Source of the DNA: a virus
Lineage: Duplodnaviria; Caudoviricetes
Length of the DNA: 36,369 bases
Virus record (IMG/VR): IMGVR_UViG_3300032232_001056
Coordinates: 1-36,369 of that record
Strand: one strand, 5' to 3'
The notes beneath the pieces were generated by a model. The model did no database searches, was not told the DNA's origin, and saw only the letters and a program-made list of their open reading frames with translations. Below, in pieces: positions 7,975 through 16,172 of this stretch (position 1 is its first letter; each line of letters starts with the position of its first letter). The translations under genes and the position numbers were made by a program.

Positions 7975-9100
7975 TTGCCAATCGTTCGCAGGTGGATTTA
8001 CGCTAGGAAATAAGCTAGCAGGATTCGAAATCATCGGAAAGCGTGAAGCTACCGGAGGGTTTGGAGTACCGGCGGTAGAAGGTAACAAAAAGTTACTTGG
8101 CGACTTCAGCATAGAAGCTGGCGCTCCAGATACTTGGACGCCTCTTAAGGCTGATCTAGTGTTCGGAAATCCTCCTTGCTCAGGCTTCTCGAACCGATCC
8201 AGTATGGTCCGAGGACTAGACGAGAACGGAGAGATCCAGAGAGTTCAGTACACCGGATACGCAGCGGCGCCTAACCAATGCATGTGGGATCTGATCGAAT
8301 ACGCTGCCAAGTGTGATCCGGAGATTGTTATCTTTGAATCTGTCCAGGGCGCCTATAACAAGGGCCGAGACCTCATGCAGGATCTAAGAAATAGCCTTGA
8401 GATGAAAACCGGCAGCCAATACCACCTTTATCATGTTCTTCATGATGTAGCTAAGCTAGGTGGAGCTCAGGAACGCAAGAGATATTTCTGGGTTGCTGCC
8501 AGGATCAAGTTCGGAGTCGATCCGGTCGAGATCAGCCCTACTACGGTCAAAGATCGCATCGGTGACCTTGAGAACGTTGCTCTAGGATCGATGAACGGTC
8601 ACCAGATCGAGGATACTCCCCGAGGTCGTCGGGTAACTGAGCTAGCGTCCAAAGTGGAATGGAAAGCGAACGAGGTATCAGGAGACGTGTATCGACGGGC
8701 CCTGGATCTTGGTGCTGATCTTGAACTTTGGGACGAGGATCTAAAGAGCGATAAGGGTATTACCCAATTTGCTCCAAAGAGACTGAGCTACGACACCCCT
8801 TCAAATGTCCTTGCCGGAGATGCCCTTTGGCGTCAGGTTCACCCAACTTTGCCCCGGACTTTGACACACCGGGAAGTTGCTCGGCTGTCCGGGTTCCCCG
8901 ATGATTGGGACTGTGAGCCGTATCAGGATCGTAAAGCTAATGCTTACTGGTGGGGAAAAGGGATCTGTATTGAAGCCGGAAAGTGGATCTCAACTGCGGC
9001 TTACGATGCCATTTCGGGCCAACCTCAAGCTTACCAGGGTGAGATTATTGGTGATCGAGAGAGCCTTATTGACTTCAGCAAGGCTAAAAAAAATGGATAA
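7955..9100 (+). CDS. C5-cytosine DNA methyltransferase-fold enzyme with atypical cofactor motifs
   Basis: Motif IV GNPPCSGFS, VI IFESV, VIII QERKR, IX RTLTHREVARLSGFPDDW; motif I DCQSFAGGF and motif X WGKGI are non-canonical; GGGGGA RBS before ATG 7955. Confidence 0.85.
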   Translation: MTYTSIDCQSFAGGFTLGNKLAGFEIIGKREATGGFGVPAVEGNKKLLGDFSIEAGAPDTWTPLKADLVFGNPPCSGFSNRSSMVRGLDENGEIQRVQYTGYAAAPNQCMWDLIEYAAKCDPEIVIFESVQGAYNKGRDLMQDLRNSLEMKTGSQYHLYHVLHDVAKLGGAQERKRYFWVAARIKFGVDPVEISPTTVKDRIGDLENVALGSMNGHQIEDTPRGRRVTELASKVEWKANEVSGDVYRRALDLGADLELWDEDLKSDKGITQFAPKRLSYDTPSNVLAGDALWRQVHPTLPRTLTHREVARLSGFPDDWDCEPYQDRKANAYWWGKGICIEAGKWISTAAYDAISGQPQAYQGEIIGDRESLIDFSKAKKNG

Positions 9101-9350
9101 ATTTAACACTTGTACTGATTGCGGAAGGTTAAATCTTGGTCTTTGGCGTTGCAATTGCACCCAAAACGGCTCAGTTCCTCCCACTCCTCCCAGTTCCTCC
9201 CAAGTTCCTCCCAGCCTAACCTCTGATGACCCAAAAAGAGGTTCCTCCCGTTCCTCCCGTTCCTCCTTAAGAGGAGGAACGGAGAGGGAGGAATCTCTTG
9301 GATCAGACAATTCAATAAATACCAAAAGCTCCTCCCAGGATCTTAGATGA
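9093..9350 (+). CDS. hypothetical protein overlapping the iteron-like repeats
   Basis: ATG 9093 overlaps the MTase end; CTDC..CNC then Ser/Pro low complexity; ATGA coupling to 9347. Confidence 0.45.
   Translation: MDKFNTCTDCGRLNLGLWRCNCTQNGSVPPTPPSSSQVPPSLTSDDPKRGSSRSSRSSLRGGTEREESLGSDNSINTKSSSQDLR
9174..9336. repeat. (G)TTCCTCCC iteron-like array, candidate replication origin
   Basis: About 8 direct TCCTCC(C) copies plus inverted GGAGGAA copies; perfect 11-bp inverted repeat 9257-9267/9272-9282. Confidence 0.65.
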
Positions 9351-9658
9351 GTCAAACCTTCATTGACACGGCGCTAGAAGAAGCAATGTGCGCGAAATGT
9401 GATGCATCGCTTTGGGCAGGTCATTCCGGGGGATTCTTAGTTAAGCTCGATAGAATTCTGTTATCTAAGTTCGATGAGCTTCAGATCCAACTCGGCGGAG
9501 GATCGACCTACCGTTTGGAAACGACAAGCAAGGGCACCATTGCTAAGCATCGCAGCCTTTTGGATCTGCGGTCCGGAATCAATAAAACCCAACCTTTGAT
9601 CGTGTCCTTGCATGTCTGCAAAGAAAGCGATATTAAAGATGCGAAGCTCCCGTTCTGA
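9347..9658 (+). CDS. hypothetical protein, probable Zn-binding
   Basis: CAKC near N-terminus, HVC near C-terminus. Confidence 0.7.
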   Translation: MSQTFIDTALEEAMCAKCDASLWAGHSGGFLVKLDRILLSKFDELQIQLGGGSTYRLETTSKGTIAKHRSLLDLRSGINKTQPLIVSLHVCKESDIKDAKLPF

Positions 9659-9662
9659 GTTA

Positions 9663-10250
9663 ATGGCGACATTGATTGATGATGTTGCTCGACTTGTGAA
9701 AGCTTATATTCATGAGGAACCTCTTGACAACGGTAAGACGCATACGTCGAGGCACGAGGGCCTGCTTCAGCAGCTTTGGGTGGAGATAAACGAGTCTACA
9801 CCTGCACCTGATCCTGAAGGGTCTTCTAGGTCAATTTCGGCCCGATCTAAGCCGCCGTTGAGCGAAGAGCTTTTGGGATATTTGATTCAAGGTCAAAAGC
9901 TAGCGATCTCCCTGGTCATGATGTCCGGAGGTAAGCTATCCAGTAATACGGCTGAGAATTTCTGGCAGCTTCCAAACCTCATGATTAACGCGACCGATGA
10001 GCTCGTGGATCACGTCTCCGGACAGATAGCTTACTACCGGAATCAACTGGAATTGACCCTCACCTGGAAAGAGAAACCAAGAACGGTCTCAGGAGCTTGC
10101 CCAATGTGCGGCATGAAGCACGCGATTGTCATTCAAATGGATCGACATGGACCGATCTCGGCTAAATGCGTTAAATGTCGAGCTGAGTGGGATAAGACCA
10201 AGCTTGGGATCCTGGCAGGATCTTTAAAGTACGAAACACCGGAAAGGTAG
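9663..10250 (+). CDS. hypothetical protein with C-terminal Zn ribbon (possible late-gene regulator)
   Basis: SKPP motif, CPMC...CVKC; last gene before the late intergenic gap; regulatory role is positional inference. Confidence 0.6.
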   Translation: MATLIDDVARLVKAYIHEEPLDNGKTHTSRHEGLLQQLWVEINESTPAPDPEGSSRSISARSKPPLSEELLGYLIQGQKLAISLVMMSGGKLSSNTAENFWQLPNLMINATDELVDHVSGQIAYYRNQLELTLTWKEKPRTVSGACPMCGMKHAIVIQMDRHGPISAKCVKCRAEWDKTKLGILAGSLKYETPER

Positions 10251-10263
10251 CCCGTATCAGATA

Positions 10264-10292
10264 TGGCGAAATTAGTACAAACATGGTATAAA
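10264..10292 (+). promoter_or_regulatory. candidate late promoter
   Basis: TGGCGA-N17-TATAAA with TG at the extended -10 position, in the gap before the packaging module. Confidence 0.35.
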
Positions 10293-10333
10293 TATCCCCG
10301 GCGAGTTGTTTCTAAATTAAGGTGGACTCTAGA

Positions 10334-10936
10334 ATGACAACTCTCATAGCTTACCAGGGTGACGGATATTGTGTCATCGCAGCTGATTCACAAACAAGCT
10401 GGGGAAATCTAAAAGCGAATTGTTCTCCAATGGGAAAAATTGCTGTTAATGGAAAGTTTCTCATTGCTGCAGCTGGAACTGTTCGTGGAATGAATATTAT
10501 TCAACACGCATTTATACCACCGGCGATTCGGAATAAAGATCTGGATCGATACATGGTGAGATCATTTATACCAGCGTTACGTAGAGAATTTATTTTAGCT
10601 GGTTATGATATGAAAGACGGCGGAGAAATTGCTTCGCATGATAATGATTTTATTATTGCTGTTAATGGTACGCTTTATTTTATAGATGAAGTTTATGGAA
10701 TAGAACGCAATAAAGAAAATCTTCATGTTAGTGGTACCGGACGTCAGCTTGCATTAGGAGCTGCAGTTGCTCTTGGTATTGATGAATCAGAAGATTATGA
10801 ACAAGTTGTTGATACGCTTGTACAAGCTGTTGAGACAGCAATTAAATTTGATATTTACTCAGGCGATGAAGTACAGATCGCGGTGCAGTTTGCTGATGGC
10901 AAGATCCTTATGACTACATTAAACGAAGATGAATAA
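10334..10936 (+). CDS. HslV/proteasome-beta-like Ntn threonine protease
   Basis: M-T-T-LIA N-terminus, IAADSQ, GKI, SGTG...ALGA, DIYSG. Confidence 0.8.
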   Translation: MTTLIAYQGDGYCVIAADSQTSWGNLKANCSPMGKIAVNGKFLIAAAGTVRGMNIIQHAFIPPAIRNKDLDRYMVRSFIPALRREFILAGYDMKDGGEIASHDNDFIIAVNGTLYFIDEVYGIERNKENLHVSGTGRQLALGAAVALGIDESEDYEQVVDTLVQAVETAIKFDIYSGDEVQIAVQFADGKILMTTLNEDE

Positions 10937-11252
10937 ACCTTGTTTAGATTGTGGTCGTCCTAATCCATTTAGTAGATGTAGTGATTGCGCAAAGAAAAGA
11001 TTGATAGCTAATCCTCCTAAATATCGTGGTACTACACATGAAAGAGGATACGGGGCTGCCTGGCAGAAGCTAAGGCGTTTAATATTAGACCGGGATGCTT
11101 GGATCTGTTATCTATGCAATAAGAAGTTAAGCGGATCAGATGCAACAGTGGATCACATCATTCCATTGAGTGTAGATAGAAGCCGATCCTTAGATCCTAC
11201 AAACTTGGCAGCGTGTTGCCGGGCATGTAACAGCAAAAAGCAACATAAGTAA
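10929..11252 (+). CDS. HNH endonuclease (terminase-associated)
   Basis: RGYG..W..LR..IL.RD..ICYLC, TVDHIIP, NL...CRACNSKK. Confidence 0.92.
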   Translation: MNKPCLDCGRPNPFSRCSDCAKKRLIANPPKYRGTTHERGYGAAWQKLRRLILDRDAWICYLCNKKLSGSDATVDHIIPLSVDRSRSLDPTNLAACCRACNSKKQHK

Positions 11253-11360
11253 AGAGATATGTTTCCATTTTTTCTAGGTAGCATACCATGACCCCCCGCC
11301 CAAGCTGTCTTCGAGCATGCTCAAAACTACGAAATGGGCTTTTCAGGTTAGGATTTAGAT

Positions 11361-11819
11361 ATGGGACGACCGCCAAAACCAGCAGAAATTAAACGCGTGA
11401 CCGGTCGCACGCCTGGACATGATTCGGGTGGGCGACCGTTACCTGAGCTCGCCAATATTACGATCCTTTCAATGGCGGATCAAACTCCGGAAGCTCCATC
11501 GATGCTCGGAGATGAAGGAAAGATTTTTTGGACTAGGATCTGGGATAACGCCATAACCTGGCTTTCTCCTAGTTCGGATCTCAGCGCGATCGAGAATGCA
11601 GCCAGATTAGCCGATGCCGTATCAGCTGCCAGAACTAAATATATGGCGACTCTTGAGTCGGCAGACGGACGAGCATACGTTCAAATAAACAAAGCATTCA
11701 CTGATGCCCTTGCCTCGCTTGGGTTCGATCCAGTGTCACGCTCGCGACTAGGGGTAGCAGAGGTAAAACGTGTCAGCGCAATCGACCAACTCCTCCAAAA
11801 GAGGCAACAAAGAAATTAA
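11361..11819 (+). CDS. terS: terminase small subunit
   Basis: MGRPPKP N-terminus, LGFDPVSRSRLGV; immediately upstream of terL. Confidence 0.88.
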   Translation: MGRPPKPAEIKRVTGRTPGHDSGGRPLPELANITILSMADQTPEAPSMLGDEGKIFWTRIWDNAITWLSPSSDLSAIENAARLADAVSAARTKYMATLESADGRAYVQINKAFTDALASLGFDPVSRSRLGVAEVKRVSAIDQLLQKRQQRN

Positions 11820-13368
11820 AGGGTGGCCGCCGCGCTACCTATCTCCACTTACGCCAAACGAAATGAAGAAGAGTCGTGGCGATAACATTATTGACTTTAG
11901 TGAAGCTTTATGTTCAATCACTAAGGATTCAGTAGCTGGCGCTGCCGGTGAGCCGTTAATCTTTCGTGGTTGGCAAAAGCAATTAACCAAAGGTTTGTTT
12001 GCTGAAAAGGCAGATGGATCACTAAAGCATAAAGTTGGTTTAATTGGATTACCCCGCAAGAATGGAAAGTCCGCTTGGCTTTCAGCTCTTGCACTTGAAC
12101 ATTTAGTTCTTGGTCCTAACGGTGGTGAGACTTACTCCTGCGCAGCGGAAAAAGAACAAGCAAAAATTGTGTTTGGTACAGCTAAACGCATGGTTGAGAT
12201 GCAGCCTGAACTTTCAGAAATTCTCGATGTATATCGAGATGCAATCTATAACCCAAAGACCGGATCGGTCTATCGGGCGCTCTCAGCTGAAGCATTCTCA
12301 AAAGAAGGTTTGTCACCAACGTTTATTGCGTTTGACGAACTTCACGCGCAACCTAATCGCGAACTGTGGGACGTAATGTCTCTCGCGATGGGTGCGCGTC
12401 GAGAACCTCTCATGGTAGCAATTACGACCGCAGGAGTCAAATCAGATTCGACGGGTAAAGACTCTATTTGCTACCAGCTTTATGAGTATGGGAAGCGGGT
12501 CGTCAGTGGAGAAGTTGTCGACCCGACTTTCTTCTTTGCCTGGTGGGAAGCTAATCCGGATCTGGATTACAGAGAGATCGAAGCTTGGGAACAATCAAAC
12601 CCAGGGTTTGGAGATATTGTCGCTAAAGACGATTTTGCTTCTGCGATTCTTAGAACACCTGAAGCTGAATTCAAGACAAAGCGTCTGAACGTATGGACAG
12701 CCACCTCGGATACTTGGTTGCCTCACGGATCATGGGACGCATGTTATACGGATCGTAAACTTGAACCGGGAACTAAAGTTGTTCTTGGATTTGACGGATC
12801 TTTTAACGGCGACTGCACGGTTGTAGTAGCAGTAACCTGCGAAGAAGTCCCGCATATCGTTCCGCTTAATGTCTGGGAAAAACCAGAAGAAGCCGGAGCT
12901 GATTGGCAAGTTCCAATTCTTGATGTTGAAGAAGCGGTACGCCAAGCTTGTAGAAATTACGAAGTAGTTGAAATTGCTTGCGACCCTTATCGATGGGCCC
13001 GAACATTTCAAGTACTTGAAGAAGAAGGTTTGCCGGTTGTAGTATTCCCGCAAACAGCTTCACGTATGACACCAGCAACAACAAGATTTTATGAAGCAGT
13101 TGTAAACAAGAGTGTTACCCACGAGGGCGATCCAACTATGGCGCGTCACGTTGGTAATGCAACACTAAGAGTTGATCAACGCGGAACGCGTTTGGCAAAA
13201 GAAAAGCCAGGATCAACTCGCAGGATTGACTTAGCGGTATCCGCTGTTATGGCACTTGAACGTGCTGTGTGGTGGTTCTCGCAAGGAAACTTTTTACCAG
13301 CCGTATTTGATCTAATGAGTATTGGGGAGCAGAATGAAAATCAAGATTTCGCTGGATTTGATAACTAA
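11770..13368 (+). CDS. terL: terminase large subunit
   Basis: PRKNGKS Walker A, FDELH Walker B, ITTAG, LGFDGS nuclease motif, RIDLAV. Confidence 0.95.
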   Translation: MSAQSTNSSKRGNKEIKGWPPRYLSPLTPNEMKKSRGDNIIDFSEALCSITKDSVAGAAGEPLIFRGWQKQLTKGLFAEKADGSLKHKVGLIGLPRKNGKSAWLSALALEHLVLGPNGGETYSCAAEKEQAKIVFGTAKRMVEMQPELSEILDVYRDAIYNPKTGSVYRALSAEAFSKEGLSPTFIAFDELHAQPNRELWDVMSLAMGARREPLMVAITTAGVKSDSTGKDSICYQLYEYGKRVVSGEVVDPTFFFAWWEANPDLDYREIEAWEQSNPGFGDIVAKDDFASAILRTPEAEFKTKRLNVWTATSDTWLPHGSWDACYTDRKLEPGTKVVLGFDGSFNGDCTVVVAVTCEEVPHIVPLNVWEKPEEAGADWQVPILDVEEAVRQACRNYEVVEIACDPYRWARTFQVLEEEGLPVVVFPQTASRMTPATTRFYEAVVNKSVTHEGDPTMARHVGNATLRVDQRGTRLAKEKPGSTRRIDLAVSAVMALERAVWWFSQGNFLPAVFDLMSIGEQNENQDFAGFDN

Positions 13369-13510
13369 CGTTATCGAAATTATTGGCGCCGGGTTTATAG
13401 TAGCCGGAATCGGAGTCATGTTTGGTGCCGGACCTTGCTTACTTGCAACCGGTATTGGAATTATTACGCTGTCATATTTCGCATCGCTAGGATCGGTGGT
13501 TAATAAATAA
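13334..13510 (+). CDS. small two-TM membrane protein
   Basis: Hydrophobic 58 aa between terL and portal; GGGGAG RBS. Confidence 0.7.
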   Translation: MKIKISLDLITNVIEIIGAGFIVAGIGVMFGAGPCLLATGIGIITLSYFASLGSVVNK

Positions 13511-14724
13511 TGAGTCTCATACGCCGTGGAGTCGTGGGTCGTTACCCGCAATTTAACAACTATGTAGCACCACTGTCTCAACTCTACGGACAGACAAACA
13601 TTACAAGTGCCGCCGGAGAACGCATCGATGAGTGGACTGCTCTTGGAGTTTCAGCTGTTCTAGGATCTGTTTCATTACTAGCGGACACCATTGCATCAAT
13701 GCCACTTAAGCAATACAAGATGGTTAAGGGCAAAAGAGTTCCGGTAGAACTATCTGATGTACTAAAAAATCCAGATCCTGAATCAAATACCTTTGAGCTT
13801 ATTCACCAAATGGTATTCTCTTGTGCTCTTCACGGTAATGCTTATATTCATATTGACCGCAATCGCAGCGGAAATATGATTGGTTTAGTTCCTTTGCACC
13901 CTTATCAGATGCAAGTTCTTCCAACTGGAGATCAAGTTGGACGTAAGTATCTGCACCTTGGAAACGCGCTTGACTCTCAGGATCTGATTCACATGCGTTG
14001 GCTAACACCTCCACAATCTTTGGTTGGTGTTTCTCCCATGATCCAGAATAGAAATCTTATTGGTATTGCAATGGCTATGGATCGCCACATTTCACAATTT
14101 TACGGAGAAGGTGCAACACCTTCTTCAGTTCTTGAGACGGATCAGAAGCTTACTTTAGATCAGGCTCGAACAATTCAAGGAACTTTTGAAGCTACTCACC
14201 GTCGTCATCGTCGCGTAGCGGTACTTACAGACGGATTAAAGTGGAAGCCAATTACATCTTCTGCTGCAGATCAGCAAATGATTGAAACTCGCGAGCAACT
14301 CATTAGAGATATTGCTCGCGTATTTCGTATTCCTTCGCACCTTATTCTTGCTTCAGGAGATAACCAGACATACCAGAACGTTGAACAAGCTTCATTGAAC
14401 TTCCTTCAACACACAATCGCGCCGTGGCTTTGCCGCGTAGAAGATGCGTTAAGTCGTATTCTTCCTGACGGCACTGACGTTGCGTTTGATACTTCAATCC
14501 TTCTTCGCACTGATGCAATGACTCGTGCTGAAGTTGGAAAGATCCTGGTATCAACTGGTCTACGCTCACCAAACGAATTACGTCAACAAGACGGATTTGA
14601 GCCTTACAGTGGTGGAGATGTCTTTAACCAGGCATTCCAGGGAACACTTACAACCGGTCCAGATACAGCTCCACTTGGTACTGATTCAGATACTTCAGTA
14701 CCGGTTATGGGAGTCGTTGAATAA
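13510..14724 (+). CDS. HK97-family portal protein
   Basis: IASMPL, LHGNAY, GVSP, IARVFRIP, NVEQ, SPNELR. Confidence 0.95.
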   Translation: MSLIRRGVVGRYPQFNNYVAPLSQLYGQTNITSAAGERIDEWTALGVSAVLGSVSLLADTIASMPLKQYKMVKGKRVPVELSDVLKNPDPESNTFELIHQMVFSCALHGNAYIHIDRNRSGNMIGLVPLHPYQMQVLPTGDQVGRKYLHLGNALDSQDLIHMRWLTPPQSLVGVSPMIQNRNLIGIAMAMDRHISQFYGEGATPSSVLETDQKLTLDQARTIQGTFEATHRRHRRVAVLTDGLKWKPITSSAADQQMIETREQLIRDIARVFRIPSHLILASGDNQTYQNVEQASLNFLQHTIAPWLCRVEDALSRILPDGTDVAFDTSILLRTDAMTRAEVGKILVSTGLRSPNELRQQDGFEPYSGGDVFNQAFQGTLTTGPDTAPLGTDSDTSVPVMGVVE

Positions 14725-16121
14725 TGTCTGAAACATATCGCGTACCTAAGATAGTTCTTGAAGAGGGAATTAAAAATCCTGCAATGACTCTTGAAGAAGT
14801 TGTTCAATTACGTGATTCTTGGGAAGGTCCCGAGGGTCGCGAGTGGGCAATGAATATCTGCAAAAATATTACACGCGATGCTCTTATCGTTTCTCAAAAG
14901 TACAAGGAGACAAACATGGCGGCAGCCGATATGGAAACACCGGATCTTGCGGAGGAGTTAAAAGAACTTCTAGCTGATGTTGTTTCTTTTTACTTCAAAG
15001 CTCACGGTGCACACTGGAACGTGATGGGAACTGACTTCAGCGAATATCACGGACTCTTTGAAGAAATTTACTCTGATGCTTATTCAAGCGTCGATCCAAT
15101 TGCAGAAAATATTCGTAAGCTTGGAAAGCCTGCACCATTTCAACTAGCGGCTTTTGCTGCGATGAGTGAGATTCCGCAGGATCTTGCAATCATTACTGAT
15201 GCTCGTGCTCTTGCTATGGATATTCTTTCTGCAAATGATATGATTATTGAAGAGCTTTCAGAGGTATTTGCTTGCGCTACAATGCATAATCAGCAAGGAA
15301 TTGCAAACTTTTTAGCCGATCGTATTGACTCTCATCAGAAGTGGAAGTGGCAATTATCATCTTCTCTTGGTGTAGATGTAGTAAATCCAGATCCAGAAGT
15401 TATGCCGGAAAGCCCTATTGAGGATCTTAACGAGCCTGCTGCAGACTGGATTGCTCCAGAAACTATGGCGCGAGGATCAGAAACATCAGAAAAAATTGAA
15501 ATTACCTCCGAGGAGATAACAGTGATTGAAGATCGTAAGACTGCTATGGCTTCAGCGGAACGCATCACAATGCATGCTGAGGTTCGCGCCGTAGATACTG
15601 AAGATGGATCGCTTAAGGTTGGCGGATACGCTGCAACATTTAACCAGGAAGCAACCGGTCTTCAATTCCGTGAAGTTATTGCTCAAGGAGCTTTTACTCG
15701 CACGCTTCAGACTGATAATCCGGTCTTTTTACTTGTAAATCACAATATGGACGACCTACCATTGGCATCAACTCAGTCCGGAACGCTTCGTTTGGCCCAG
15801 GATAAAGTTGGTTTGTACATGGAAGCATCTCTTGATCCTGCAAACCCACGCGCTCAAGAACTAGCTTCGGCTGTTCGTCGCGGTGACGTTGACAAGATGA
15901 GCTTTGCATTTACGGTTGCTCAAGATGGAGAAACTCGCGAAGAAGGTCTTCGTACTCTTACGGATCTGGATCTTTACGAAGTTTCTGTTGTAACTTGGCC
16001 CGCATACGATTCAACAACCGTTGGAATGCGATCAGCTCAGGATCAGGATCTTGAAATCAAAAAGCAAAAGCTTGCTTTGAAAGTAAAACAATATTCCCTA
16101 CGTTCTAAGCGTAAGGGTTAA
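14724..16121 (+). CDS. Dps/ferritin-like domain fused to HK97 prohead protease
   Basis: Dps signature HGAHWNVMG.DF..YH.LFEE.Y......D.IAE (about 14940-15370); protease motifs GYAATFN, LVNHN, MSFAF, LYEVSVVTWPAY (about 15580-16040). Confidence 0.9.
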   Translation: MSETYRVPKIVLEEGIKNPAMTLEEVVQLRDSWEGPEGREWAMNICKNITRDALIVSQKYKETNMAAADMETPDLAEELKELLADVVSFYFKAHGAHWNVMGTDFSEYHGLFEEIYSDAYSSVDPIAENIRKLGKPAPFQLAAFAAMSEIPQDLAIITDARALAMDILSANDMIIEELSEVFACATMHNQQGIANFLADRIDSHQKWKWQLSSSLGVDVVNPDPEVMPESPIEDLNEPAADWIAPETMARGSETSEKIEITSEEITVIEDRKTAMASAERITMHAEVRAVDTEDGSLKVGGYAATFNQEATGLQFREVIAQGAFTRTLQTDNPVFLLVNHNMDDLPLASTQSGTLRLAQDKVGLYMEASLDPANPRAQELASAVRRGDVDKMSFAFTVAQDGETREEGLRTLTDLDLYEVSVVTWPAYDSTTVGMRSAQDQDLEIKKQKLALKVKQYSLRSKRKG

Positions 16122-16172
16122 TCCTCGGCGCGTCCGCCCCGACGATCTCACACAACAATAGAAAGGGTCAAA

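Noticed and set aside
8161-8900. CCGG enrichment as a second selected motif
   Set aside because: About 8 sites in 740 bp by hand is only a modest excess, and elsewhere it is partly explained by Thr-Gly/Pro-Glu codons; needs computation before claiming
16121-16146. GC-rich imperfect hairpin upstream of the capsid gene as a structured RNA
   Set aside because: Stem is short with two C-C mismatches; not supportable without covariation data
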